A DNA stretch of 42,820 bases from an uncultured bacterium (GTDB lineage Bacteria > Patescibacteriota > Saccharimonadia > CAILAD01 > BJGX01), in NCBI GenBank assembly GCA_903832035.1, contig CAILAD010000001.1, forward strand, positions 1-42,820. The letters are read 5' to 3'. Every line of letters starts with the position of its first letter. Positions within the stretch are counted from its first letter, which is position 1. Below, piece by piece: positions 8,234 to 17,276 of the stretch. The notes beneath the pieces were generated by a model. That model saw only the letters and a program-made list of their open reading frames with translations. It searched no databases and was not told where the DNA came from. Made by a program: the position numbers and the translations under genes.

Positions 8234-8980
8234 ATGGACCCAATACCAGGAAAAAGAGATGAATTTAAGACCATAGTCCTACCTAGCTATGAGTTACCGA
8301 GTCAGGGGGAAATTGACCAAGTGATTCGTGATACAGCAATTGAAAGAGAGTGGCTTAAGGACGCACTAGTGTATGTAGATATCAAGTCAATTAAGGATGC
8401 ATTTTTAAGCGGTAGATTAGAAAAAATAAATCCAGAACATAACTACCTGCCTATCATGAGGTTCAGGAACCCCGAACTCAATGACAAGTACCCACCATAC
8501 CTGGACACACAGGCAAAAGAAGTTTTAAACATGATTGGGGATTTATGGCGAACTAAAATGACTGAGTCAGGATTTGATGAAGGTATAAGATTTAGCATAA
8601 CATCTATGGTGAGGAGTGCAGAATATCAGAAAAGTATTGTTGAAGCCGGTAAGCTTGCTTCTCAAGATAGTGCACATACATATGGTTACGCCTTTGATAT
8701 TGACGCAAGAGCCTACTATTTCGGAGAGGATTCAATTAGTGAAGTCCCATTAGAGCAACAGAGGGCTTACGAAAATGAATTCAAAAGTTTTGGGATTGAT
8801 ACGGTAGAATCTCCAATCGATAAGACTAGACCATACGACCAAAGGGTAATGACTATTCTTGCGGAAGTGCTAGATGATCTCCAAGACAAGGGCTTGATTC
8901 ATTACCTACATGAGCTTCCAGGCACACAGTCCTCGGCGTTTCATGTCTGCGTTAAACCAACCCAAGTTAAAGCTGCTTAA
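8234..8980 (+). CDS. M15/DUF5715-like Zn metallopeptidase (D,D-peptidase fold), no signal peptide
   Basis: ITSMVRSAEYQ, SAHTYGYAFDI (SxHxxGxAxD), FHV; AAGGA SD favours ATG 8234 over 8183. Confidence 0.7.
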   Translation: MDPIPGKRDEFKTIVLPSYELPSQGEIDQVIRDTAIEREWLKDALVYVDIKSIKDAFLSGRLEKINPEHNYLPIMRFRNPELNDKYPPYLDTQAKEVLNMIGDLWRTKMTESGFDEGIRFSITSMVRSAEYQKSIVEAGKLASQDSAHTYGYAFDIDARAYYFGEDSISEVPLEQQRAYENEFKSFGIDTVESPIDKTRPYDQRVMTILAEVLDDLQDKGLIHYLHELPGTQSSAFHVCVKPTQVKAA

Positions 8981-9736
8981 ATGAAGTTGATCGTACAAAA
9001 CCTAGCGACAAACTACCTTTCTGAGGGCAAAGGTAAGACAATATTAATATTACATGGTTGGGGAGATAGTATTAATAGCTTTACGAATGTAGTTAGGTTG
9101 TTGAGTAAAAACTATAATGTTGTGGCTCTTGATCTGCCGGGTTTTGGTGGAACAGAGATACCGAAGTCTGACTGGTGTATTTTAGATTATGCAAATTTTG
9201 TGAAAGATTTCTGTAATAAATTAGACATCAAACCAACATATATAATTGGCCATTCAATGGGTGGGCGGGTACTAATAAAATTAGCTAGCAAGAAGTTATT
9301 AAATCCAGAGAAGATAGTTTTATTATCTTCCGCGGGCATAAAAGAGTCAGCAAAAGGCAAGAACTTGATTATTAAATTATTTTCTAAACCTGGAAAAGTA
9401 CTAATTAACTCTAGGATACTTGGAAGACAGGGTGGTTCATTAAGGCAAAAAATATATAAGAAGTTTGGTAGTGAAGACTATATTAGTTCTGGCCAACTAA
9501 AGAAGACCTTCATAAATATAATTAATGAAGATTTAGTTGGTGATGCAATTAACATAAAAATACCTACTCTGCTTATATACGGTGAAAATGATGACCAAAC
9601 CCCTCCATTGTATGGTTCAAAATTTAACAAGGCTATTGATGGATCTAAATTGAAGATAATTGCCGGAAGAGGTCACTTTATACAGCTAGAAGACCCCATT
9701 GGCCTAAGCGACATTATGATGGATTTTTTCAAATGA
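8981..9736 (+). CDS. Alpha/beta-fold hydrolase
   Basis: LHGWG, DLPGFG, GHSMGG nucleophile elbow, GENDDQTP, GHF. Confidence 0.92.
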   Translation: MKLIVQNLATNYLSEGKGKTILILHGWGDSINSFTNVVRLLSKNYNVVALDLPGFGGTEIPKSDWCILDYANFVKDFCNKLDIKPTYIIGHSMGGRVLIKLASKKLLNPEKIVLLSSAGIKESAKGKNLIIKLFSKPGKVLINSRILGRQGGSLRQKIYKKFGSEDYISSGQLKKTFINIINEDLVGDAINIKIPTLLIYGENDDQTPPLYGSKFNKAIDGSKLKIIAGRGHFIQLEDPIGLSDIMMDFFK

Positions 9737-11172
9737 TAAAAAAATGGATTAGCGCTTATAGGATGAGTTTTATAAGAACTATTGTATATATGCTTCAGGC
9801 TAGTGAGTACAATCTGAAAGATTATTTTTCATGGCTTATAAGGGTAAAAAGTTTTAAAAGTGTAATGTACCGTAAGTCACTTGTACTAACCACCAAGACT
9901 AAATTACTTTTGTTAATTCTGTGGTTAATGATTGCACTAGGCATACTTGCAGCTACCGTAGTGGGTCTGTCAGTGCAATTTCCTGTTATTTATAAAATGT
10001 TTATTTTAGCAGCGCTATTTATACTAATGCCTGTATTGATTTCTTTTGGCATAACAATACCGCTATGGTTGGGCAACATATTCATTCAGAAACCTAGAGA
10101 GAAAATAATTATTTCTAAAGCCAGAAGCAGACTAAATGATAATAAGGCAATAAAAATTGCTATTGCTGGTAGCTTTGGAAAGACAACCATGAGAGAAATA
10201 CTATTGTCCGTCCTGGGCGCAGGAAAAAGCGTCGTAGCCCCACCAGGTAGTTACAATACACCAATGGGCGTAAGTAAGTTCATAAATACCCTATCAGGAT
10301 CAGAGGATATAATTATTTTTGAATTAGGCGAGTACTACCCTGGAGATGTAAAGTTTCTTGCAGAAATTGTTAAGCCGGACATTGGAGTTATTACTGGGGT
10401 TAATGAAGCCCATTTGTCTAAATTTAAAAATATTGAGAATACACAAGCGACTATTTTTGAGCTAGCAGACTATTTGAATGGCAGTAAGTTATACGTCAAT
10501 GGTGAAAATGAACTGGCTAAGCAAAAGTCTAAGTTTTATGACAGTGTGCTTTACTCTAGCAAGGGATGTGGTCAATGGATAGTTAATTCATCGAGTACAA
10601 GCCTATCTGGCATAGACTTTGTGGTTAGCAATAAAGTTAAGTCACTTAATCTCCACTCTAATCTACTTGGATCACATTTACTTGGGTCCCTTCTCTGCGC
10701 AATTGAAATAGCACATCAACTAGGACTCAAAGATGATGAAATAATCAAGGGAGTTGCTAATACAGATAGTTTTGAGCACAGGATGCAGCCTAAAAATATC
10801 GGCGGGGCCATAGTAATTGATGATACCTATAATGGTAATTTTGATGGAGTTATAGCTGGACTCAACTTATTAAAATCGCTTAAAGCCAAGCGTAAAATAT
10901 ATGTCACTCCCGGTCTTGTCGAGCAGGGTTCTAAGAGCCATGAAGTGCATAATAAAATTGGACAAAAGATTGGAGAGGTAAATCCTGATATAGTAGTGTT
11001 AATGAAAAACTCTGTAACTGGATACATAGTTGAGGGATTAAAGAAGGCTCAGTACGAAGGAAGTCTAAGAATCGAGGATGATCCCAAAAATTTTTACGAA
11101 AATATTAATATGTTTGTTTCTAAAGATGATGTTGTCTTAATGCAAAATGATTGGCCAGACAGTTATAATTGA
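9733..11172 (+). CDS. murF: UDP-MurNAc-tripeptide--D-Ala-D-Ala ligase with N-terminal TM helices
   Basis: AGSFGKT, SYNTPMG, FELG, EHRMQ, DDTYNGN, TPGLVEQG, NDWPD. Confidence 0.88.
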   Translation: MIKKWISAYRMSFIRTIVYMLQASEYNLKDYFSWLIRVKSFKSVMYRKSLVLTTKTKLLLLILWLMIALGILAATVVGLSVQFPVIYKMFILAALFILMPVLISFGITIPLWLGNIFIQKPREKIIISKARSRLNDNKAIKIAIAGSFGKTTMREILLSVLGAGKSVVAPPGSYNTPMGVSKFINTLSGSEDIIIFELGEYYPGDVKFLAEIVKPDIGVITGVNEAHLSKFKNIENTQATIFELADYLNGSKLYVNGENELAKQKSKFYDSVLYSSKGCGQWIVNSSSTSLSGIDFVVSNKVKSLNLHSNLLGSHLLGSLLCAIEIAHQLGLKDDEIIKGVANTDSFEHRMQPKNIGGAIVIDDTYNGNFDGVIAGLNLLKSLKAKRKIYVTPGLVEQGSKSHEVHNKIGQKIGEVNPDIVVLMKNSVTGYIVEGLKKAQYEGSLRIEDDPKNFYENINMFVSKDDVVLMQNDWPDSYN

Positions 11173-11214
11173 TATCACTTTAAGGTTTTAATCAGATTCT
11201 GATATACTAATTAC

Positions 11215-12369
11215 ATGAAAACAGTAGCAGTTATTTTTGGAGGAAGGTCCACCGAGCATGATATTTCAATCATGACGGCAATTTCTAGTGTCATAAAGCC
11301 CCTAGAATTGAGTAAAGATTATATAGTCCACGCAGTTTATATAAATAAGGCTGGCGAATGGTTTAGTGATGCGAAGCTAAAAGACATAAAATTTTTTCAA
11401 TCAGGCAACATAAATGACTGGATGAACAAGACTAAGAGTGTAAGGGTGCTTTTCAAGGATGGTCTTACACTTATAAAACCAACTAAATTCGGAGAGAGTA
11501 AAATAAGTGTAGATATTGTTTTTCCTGCAATGCACGGAACTCACGGTGAAGACGGTGAGCTGATGGGTCTTCTGGAAATGTCAGGGGTGGCTTTTGTTGG
11601 GTGCGATATGACATCAAGCGCAATAGCGATGGACAAGGTTCTAGCTAAGCAGGTTACTCAGTCCGACGGGATCATAAGCACTCCTTGGGTAACAATCAAC
11701 TATTCTAGCGTTGCCAAGAGTAGCGACTTGGCCTTGCAAAAAATTGATTCCCTAAAGTACCCAATGTTTGTTAAACCAGCACATCTAGGTTCTAGTATTG
11801 GTATTTCTAGAGTCAAAGACCAGGAACAGTTAATTAATGCCATTGAAGTTGCGGGGCATTATGACGAAAAGATTATTGTCGAGCAGGAGGTTTCTAATCT
11901 AATTGAAGTTACATTACCCATTATTGGTAATGATGAGCTTACGCTGGCATTATTAGAGAGGCCGATACTAAAGGATGAAAACTTCTTCGGCTTCGAGACT
12001 AAATACATGCAGGGCGGCAAAAAAGGAAAAAATTCAGATAGCAAGGGATCCCAGGGCTATAGTGAATTACCTGCTAATATTCCAAAAGATATATACAGAA
12101 ATGCAGAAGAAGTAGGTGTGGCAGTCTATAGAAGCTTAGGATGTAGCGGCATTGCAAGGATTGATATGCTGATAGATAGTAAGACAAAAAAAGTCTACTT
12201 CAACGAGGTTAACCCGTTACCAGGAGGACTTTATGCCCATAATTGGAGAATGAAGGGTATAAGTCCAGTCGAACTAGTTACTAAATTAGTAGATCTCGCA
12301 ATTGATAAAAAGAATAAGGATGATAAATATCAAACTAGCTTTAACACAAGTTATTTGAAACAATTTTAA
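11215..12369 (+). CDS. ddl: D-alanine--D-alanine ligase
   Basis: FGGRSTEHDIS, HGTHGEDG, MDK, GSSIG, ETKY, ARIDML, NEVNPLPG. Confidence 0.96.
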   Translation: MKTVAVIFGGRSTEHDISIMTAISSVIKPLELSKDYIVHAVYINKAGEWFSDAKLKDIKFFQSGNINDWMNKTKSVRVLFKDGLTLIKPTKFGESKISVDIVFPAMHGTHGEDGELMGLLEMSGVAFVGCDMTSSAIAMDKVLAKQVTQSDGIISTPWVTINYSSVAKSSDLALQKIDSLKYPMFVKPAHLGSSIGISRVKDQEQLINAIEVAGHYDEKIIVEQEVSNLIEVTLPIIGNDELTLALLERPILKDENFFGFETKYMQGGKKGKNSDSKGSQGYSELPANIPKDIYRNAEEVGVAVYRSLGCSGIARIDMLIDSKTKKVYFNEVNPLPGGLYAHNWRMKGISPVELVTKLVDLAIDKKNKDDKYQTSFNTSYLKQF

Positions 12370-12372
12370 TAT

Positions 12373-14811
12373 ATGAGCAAGTACGAACCAAAAATTGTAG
12401 AAGAGAAATGGCGAAAGGTATGGCGTGAGACTGGACTATACAAGACTCCAGAAAACCCCAAGAATCCATATTATGGGTTAGTGATGTTTGCCTATCCTAG
12501 CGGTGATTTGCACTGTGGGCATTGGTACCCATATACTGGCGGGGATATATTAGCTAGGTTTGCCAGGATGCAAGGTCATGACGTACTGCACACAAACGGC
12601 TTCGATGCATTTGGGTTGCCTGCAGAAAATGCAGCAATCAAGCGTGGCCTAATGGCAGATGTTTGGACTGAAGAAAATATTTCTACAATGACCAGGCAGT
12701 ATGAAGCTACGGGTAATATGTATGATTACGATAGACTTATAAACACCAGTAAGCCAGAATACTACAAGTGGACACAGTGGTTGTTTCTGCAGCTTTATAA
12801 AAATGGTAAAGCTTATCAGAAGGAAGCACTCGTTAACTGGGATCCTGTAGACAAGACAGTGCTCGCGAATGAGCAAGTTATTAATGGCAGGGCAGAACGG
12901 AGTGGCGCCGAGGTAGAAAAGAAAAGTCTTAAACAATGGTTTTTCAAAATTACCGATTACGCGGATGCTTTACTTGAAGGTCTGGATAATATTGAATGGC
13001 CTAATCGCATCAAAGACGCCCAGAAAAATTGGATAGGAAAAAGCCACGGTAGCTTAGTTAAGTTTCCCATTAAAGACAGCAATGATTTTTTGGAGATATA
13101 CACCACTAGAATTGATACTATATATAGCGGTACATTCATAGTACTGGCCCCAGAACATGAACTAGTTACTTCACTGACGGTAGATTCGCAGAAACAGGAG
13201 GTGGTTAAGTATCAAGAAATTAGTCAATCTAAGACTGATACCGTTAGGCTCGAAGGAAAAGATAAATCAGGGGTATTTACCGGAAGCTATGCACTTAATC
13301 CAGCTACGAATGAAAGTATGCCTATCTGGGTGGCTGATTTTGTACTTGGGGGGTATGGTACCGGAGCAGTCTTTGCCGACGCTCATGATCAAAGGGACTC
13401 TGAATTTGCAAAAAAATACAATATCCCATTAAAGACATCAGTTAAGCCAGTTGATGATAGGGATATATCGAAGATCGAGAGTTTTGAAATTTGTTTTGAG
13501 GATGATGGGATACTGTATAATTCCGAACACTTCGATGGACTAACTTCCTCTGAAGCTAGAGAAAAGATTACCGAGTACCTAGGTAGTAAAGGACTTGCCC
13601 AAAAAACCACTCAATATAGGCTAAGGGATTGGCTTATATCTAGACAAAGATATTGGGGCTCACCTATACCAATAATATATTGTGAAAAATGTGGTACGGT
13701 TCCGGTTCCTGAAAAGGACCTACCCGTAGTATTACCGCTTGCACAGAAGATAGATAAGTCTGGTAAGTCACCCCTTTATAGGGATAGCTTTATAAATACA
13801 GAATGCCCTGAATGTGGAGGTCAGGCTAAGCGGGAGACTGACACTATGGATACTTTTGTTGATAGTAGTTGGTATTACCTACGCTACCCTAACCCACATT
13901 ATGATAAAGGTCCTTTTGATCCAGAAGCACTAAATAAGTGGCTTCCAGTTAGTACCTACATAGGTGGACCTGAGCATGCCACTATGCATTTATTGTATGT
14001 AAGATTTATGGCGCATTTCTTGAATGAAGCTGGTTTTTTAGAAACAAATGAACCCATACCAAGATTTATATGCAACGGGCTCATAGATGGTCCAGATGGT
14101 CAGAAAATGAGTAAAAGTCGAGGTAATGTAGTTGACCCCGATGAATATGTGAACAAATACGGTGCAGATAGTGTACGTCTTTATATGATGTTTATGGGTT
14201 CATACACAGATGGTGGACCGTGGGACCCAGCTCGCTTTGAAGGAGCCAGTAGGTTTATTAGTAGATTTTACGAACTTGTGCACTCCGATTACAAGCCTCA
14301 GGAAATAAATACGATTCAAGAAGTCGAACTCCAATCTAGGTCTCATAAGTTGGTTAAGAAGCTAAAAGAAGACATTGCAGTAGCAAAATTTAACACCGCT
14401 ATTGCTGCAGCAATGGAGTTTGTTAATTTTGCTAGTCAGATAAAAAGGTACGGTGTAGTATCTGAGGCTTCATGGAAAGAGGCAGTGTCTATGTTGGTAT
14501 TATCTATGGCCCCTATAACCCCTTACGTGTGTGAAGAGTTATGGCAGACTCTGGGTGGCCAAGAAAGTGTGCATAAACAAGCATGGCCAAGATATGATGA
14601 AAAACTAGTCACAGATGATGTTGTCACGATAGTAGTTCAGGTAAATGGTAAACTTAAGAATGAATTTGTGGCTGAAATAGGTACAGCCAATGAAGAGCTA
14701 GAAAAAATAGCTCGAGGCTTAGACGCTATAAATAAAATTATTCAAAAAGGTGAAATTATCAAGGTGGTCGTGGTTCCTAATAGACTAGTCAACTTTGTAA
14801 TTAAGCAATAG
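12373..14811 (+). CDS. leuS: Leucyl-tRNA synthetase
   Basis: MFAYPSGDLHCGH (HIGH variant), LRDWLISRQRYWG, KMSKS, VQVNGK. Confidence 0.98.
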   Translation: MSKYEPKIVEEKWRKVWRETGLYKTPENPKNPYYGLVMFAYPSGDLHCGHWYPYTGGDILARFARMQGHDVLHTNGFDAFGLPAENAAIKRGLMADVWTEENISTMTRQYEATGNMYDYDRLINTSKPEYYKWTQWLFLQLYKNGKAYQKEALVNWDPVDKTVLANEQVINGRAERSGAEVEKKSLKQWFFKITDYADALLEGLDNIEWPNRIKDAQKNWIGKSHGSLVKFPIKDSNDFLEIYTTRIDTIYSGTFIVLAPEHELVTSLTVDSQKQEVVKYQEISQSKTDTVRLEGKDKSGVFTGSYALNPATNESMPIWVADFVLGGYGTGAVFADAHDQRDSEFAKKYNIPLKTSVKPVDDRDISKIESFEICFEDDGILYNSEHFDGLTSSEAREKITEYLGSKGLAQKTTQYRLRDWLISRQRYWGSPIPIIYCEKCGTVPVPEKDLPVVLPLAQKIDKSGKSPLYRDSFINTECPECGGQAKRETDTMDTFVDSSWYYLRYPNPHYDKGPFDPEALNKWLPVSTYIGGPEHATMHLLYVRFMAHFLNEAGFLETNEPIPRFICNGLIDGPDGQKMSKSRGNVVDPDEYVNKYGADSVRLYMMFMGSYTDGGPWDPARFEGASRFISRFYELVHSDYKPQEINTIQEVELQSRSHKLVKKLKEDIAVAKFNTAIAAAMEFVNFASQIKRYGVVSEASWKEAVSMLVLSMAPITPYVCEELWQTLGGQESVHKQAWPRYDEKLVTDDVVTIVVQVNGKLKNEFVAEIGTANEELEKIARGLDAINKIIQKGEIIKVVVVPNRLVNFVIKQ

Positions 14812-14865
14812 CCACAACACAACAGGTTGCATTTTAGGTAATTTATTGTTACAATAGTATGCGAA

Positions 14866-15255
14866 ATGCCAATTAGCATTCTAGGACTCAGCAGAAAACA
14901 CGACGGCGACTCAGAGCATTATGTTCTAGATATTTCGTCTATAGAATATTTAAGTCTATCTAAGCCATTTATATCAGATGTAAATGTAACTAAAATTGAT
15001 AATAATTTGTATGACGCAAATATTAAAGCCGTTGTTAGTGTTGATACTGAATGTAGCCGGTGTCTTAAGAATTTTTCTAAAGAAGTCATTTTAGATTTTC
15101 ACGCATATTATGCCGATGATCCAATTGAGGACCAATGGCCTATAGAAAAAAATGACTTAGATATAGAAGAGGCGATTAGGCAGGAAGTGTTATTTTCACT
15201 ACCCGCCCAGACACTTTGCACTGAAGAATGTAACGGTATTCAACAAAACAATTAA
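14866..15255 (+). CDS. yceD: YceD/DUF177 family protein
   Basis: ECSRCL and LCTEECNG Cys pairs; lies upstream of rpmF; promoter TTGCAT-17-TACAAT at 14827-14855. Confidence 0.85.
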   Translation: MPISILGLSRKHDGDSEHYVLDISSIEYLSLSKPFISDVNVTKIDNNLYDANIKAVVSVDTECSRCLKNFSKEVILDFHAYYADDPIEDQWPIEKNDLDIEEAIRQEVLFSLPAQTLCTEECNGIQQNN

Positions 15256-15272
15256 AAGGAAGGACTTAGGTC

Positions 15273-15446
15273 ATGCCAGTACCAAAAAAACGCCGCACAT
15301 CTAGCACTCGCGGTCAAAGAAGAAGTCACGATAGTTTAAAGCCATTACAATTGATGTACGAGAAAAACTCTAAACTTAACTTACCAAGAAGAATACATAA
15401 AGCTGCATCCCTTGGATTAGCTAGAACTCGACGAACAGTTCAATAA
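15273..15446 (+). CDS. rpmF: 50S ribosomal protein L32 (57 aa, Cys-free; not in the ORF track)
   Basis: Translated by hand: MPVPKKRRTSSTRGQRRSHDSLKPLQL...; canonical yceD-rpmF order; AAGGA SD. Confidence 0.92.
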   Translation: MPVPKKRRTSSTRGQRRSHDSLKPLQLMYEKNSKLNLPRRIHKAASLGLARTRRTVQ

Positions 15447-15507
15447 TTACAAAATAGGCTCCCAAAATATACAAAAATAAGCTACAATATAAACATTACT
15501 AGTATAT

Positions 15508-16041
15508 ATGGCTTCAAATAGACACCTTTCTAGAATAATAGCACTTCAGAGTTTGTACGAATACGATTTTCGCACAGGCCTTAATATGCCAGAACTAAAA
15601 ACCAGTATGGATGAAATATTGACCAGAAACGTTGGGGTATATGAGGATGCGCTCGAAGAACCAGACTTCACAATAGATTTGGTGGAAGGTACCCAAAAAA
15701 ATATTGAAAAAATTGATTCTTTAATTTCTCCAGCGGCTCCGGAGTGGCCTATTGATCAAATAGCAAAGGTAGACAAAAGCGTCCTCAGAATGGCTGTCTA
15801 TGAGTTAATAATTAAACATGAGGTACCACCAAAAGTTGCCATAAACGAAGCAGTAGAGCTAGCTAAGTCTTTCGGAGGAGATAATTCTAGTAAATTTATC
15901 AACGGCGTATTAGGTACAATCTATAGAAATAGTGAATTTTATGAACCAGAAGAAGATAAAAAACTCCAATCTAAAAAACCAGAGTCTGAGCGATCAGACG
16001 GGGCAACCGAATCATCCAAAAAGGAACGACAGAAGAAGTAA
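15508..16041 (+). CDS. nusB: Transcription antitermination factor NusB
   Basis: [42 protein letters not shown]. Confidence 0.96.
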   Translation: MASNRHLSRIIALQSLYEYDFRTGLNMPELKTSMDEILTRNVGVYEDALEEPDFTIDLVEGTQKNIEKIDSLISPAAPEWPIDQIAKVDKSVLRMAVYELIIKHEVPPKVAINEAVELAKSFGGDNSSKFINGVLGTIYRNSEFYEPEEDKKLQSKKPESERSDGATESSKKERQKK

Positions 16042-16504
16042 GAAACAGTTTTCTTCAAGGTCAAAGGCTGTAAAGGAATATTCGAGCGGTGGAATTGTAT
16101 TCCGCCTAATTAATGGTGAAATTGAAATTGTCCTGTTGCAGGACTTAAAATCTCGTTGGAGCATACCTAAGGGGCATATCGAGTCAGGTGAGACTCCTGA
16201 AAAAACAGCCTTGCGGGAAGTCGCCGAGGAGACAAACTTAACTGACCTTAAAATTATCTCAAAGCTAGACAAGATACATTTTTTTTACAGAATGAATGGA
16301 AAGTTAATATTCATGATGAACTTTATATACCTTATAGAGTCAACTAATTTTAATGATATCTTACAGACTGAAGAGGACGCCCCGTGGATAACTGACGTTA
16401 AATGGTTCAAAGCTGAGGAAGCGTATGATATCCTAGAGTATAAGGCAACCAAAGTGATATTAAGGGAAGCTATTAACAAGATTAAGAAGTTATACGATTT
16501 ATAA
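15941..16504 (+). CDS. NUDIX hydrolase
   Basis: Nudix box [23 protein letters not shown]; start is ATG 15941 or GTG 15932, both inside nusB. Confidence 0.88.
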   Translation: MNQKKIKNSNLKNQSLSDQTGQPNHPKRNDRRSKKQFSSRSKAVKEYSSGGIVFRLINGEIEIVLLQDLKSRWSIPKGHIESGETPEKTALREVAEETNLTDLKIISKLDKIHFFYRMNGKLIFMMNFIYLIESTNFNDILQTEEDAPWITDVKWFKAEEAYDILEYKATKVILREAINKIKKLYDL

Positions 16505-17211
16505 TGGTTTTCAATCAAAATAAAATAGAAGAGATAATAGGTGTTAATTTTGAGGATATAAAATTACTCAAGACCGCCTTTACACACCGCAGTTATTTAA
16601 ACGAGCACCGAAGAGCTAAATTGGAACACAATGAACGTTTGGAATTTCTGGGTGATGCCGTTCTTGAGCTGGTTGTGACGGACTATTTATATCGCAATTA
16701 CCCAAATCCAGAAGGTGACCTAACAGCTTGGAGGTCTGCGTTAGTTAAGACTGAGAGCCTAGCCATTTTGGCTGAAAAGCTTGATATTGGGCAATTCTTG
16801 CTAATGAGTAGGGGCGAGGCCAAGACTGGCGGAAGAAGTCGTCAGGCACTACTAGCAAACCTTGTAGAGGCTACTATTGGCGCTATTTATATCGAAAAAG
16901 GATATCAGGCAGCTAAGGAATTCATAGAATCTAAGCTCGTCACTAATTTAGTTGAGATAATTGAAACAGGTTCTTATATAGACGCTAAAAGTCATTTTCA
17001 AGAATTAGCTCAGGAGAACTATAGTACAACACCAGTTTATAAGGTATTGAGCGAAAGTGGCCCAGACCATGACAAGGAGTTCTTAATGGGTGTTTATCTT
17101 GGATCTAAAAAGTTTGGTGAAGGTCAAGGTAGTAGTAAGCAGTCTGCTCAACAGGCCGCTGCCCTCGATGGCTTATCGAGGCTAAAAACAACAACCGAAA
17201 AGTCTAATTGA
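16504..17211 (+). CDS. rnc: Ribonuclease III
   Basis: NERLEFLGDAVL signature; C-terminal dsRBD (DAKSHFQELAQ...GPDH). Confidence 0.97.
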   Translation: MVFNQNKIEEIIGVNFEDIKLLKTAFTHRSYLNEHRRAKLEHNERLEFLGDAVLELVVTDYLYRNYPNPEGDLTAWRSALVKTESLAILAEKLDIGQFLLMSRGEAKTGGRSRQALLANLVEATIGAIYIEKGYQAAKEFIESKLVTNLVEIIETGSYIDAKSHFQELAQENYSTTPVYKVLSESGPDHDKEFLMGVYLGSKKFGEGQGSSKQSAQQAAALDGLSRLKTTTEKSN

Positions 17212-17255
17212 CAACTTATTGCTTAAGCTAGTTTAATTAAGCTACAATTAGATAA

Positions 17256-17276
17256 ATGTTAGGTAAAATAAGGTGA
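17256..17276 (+). other. Candidate leaderless mini-uORF (MLGKIR*) overlapping the smc start
   Basis: TACAAT at 17243-17248, ATG 7 nt later; its TGA overlaps the smc GTG (GTGA). Confidence 0.4.

Noticed and set aside
11980..12010. Vancomycin-resistance (D-Ala-D-Lac) cluster
   Set aside because: The Ddl omega-loop reads FETKY, keeping the Tyr typical of D-Ala-D-Ala ligases; no vanH or vanR/S is present
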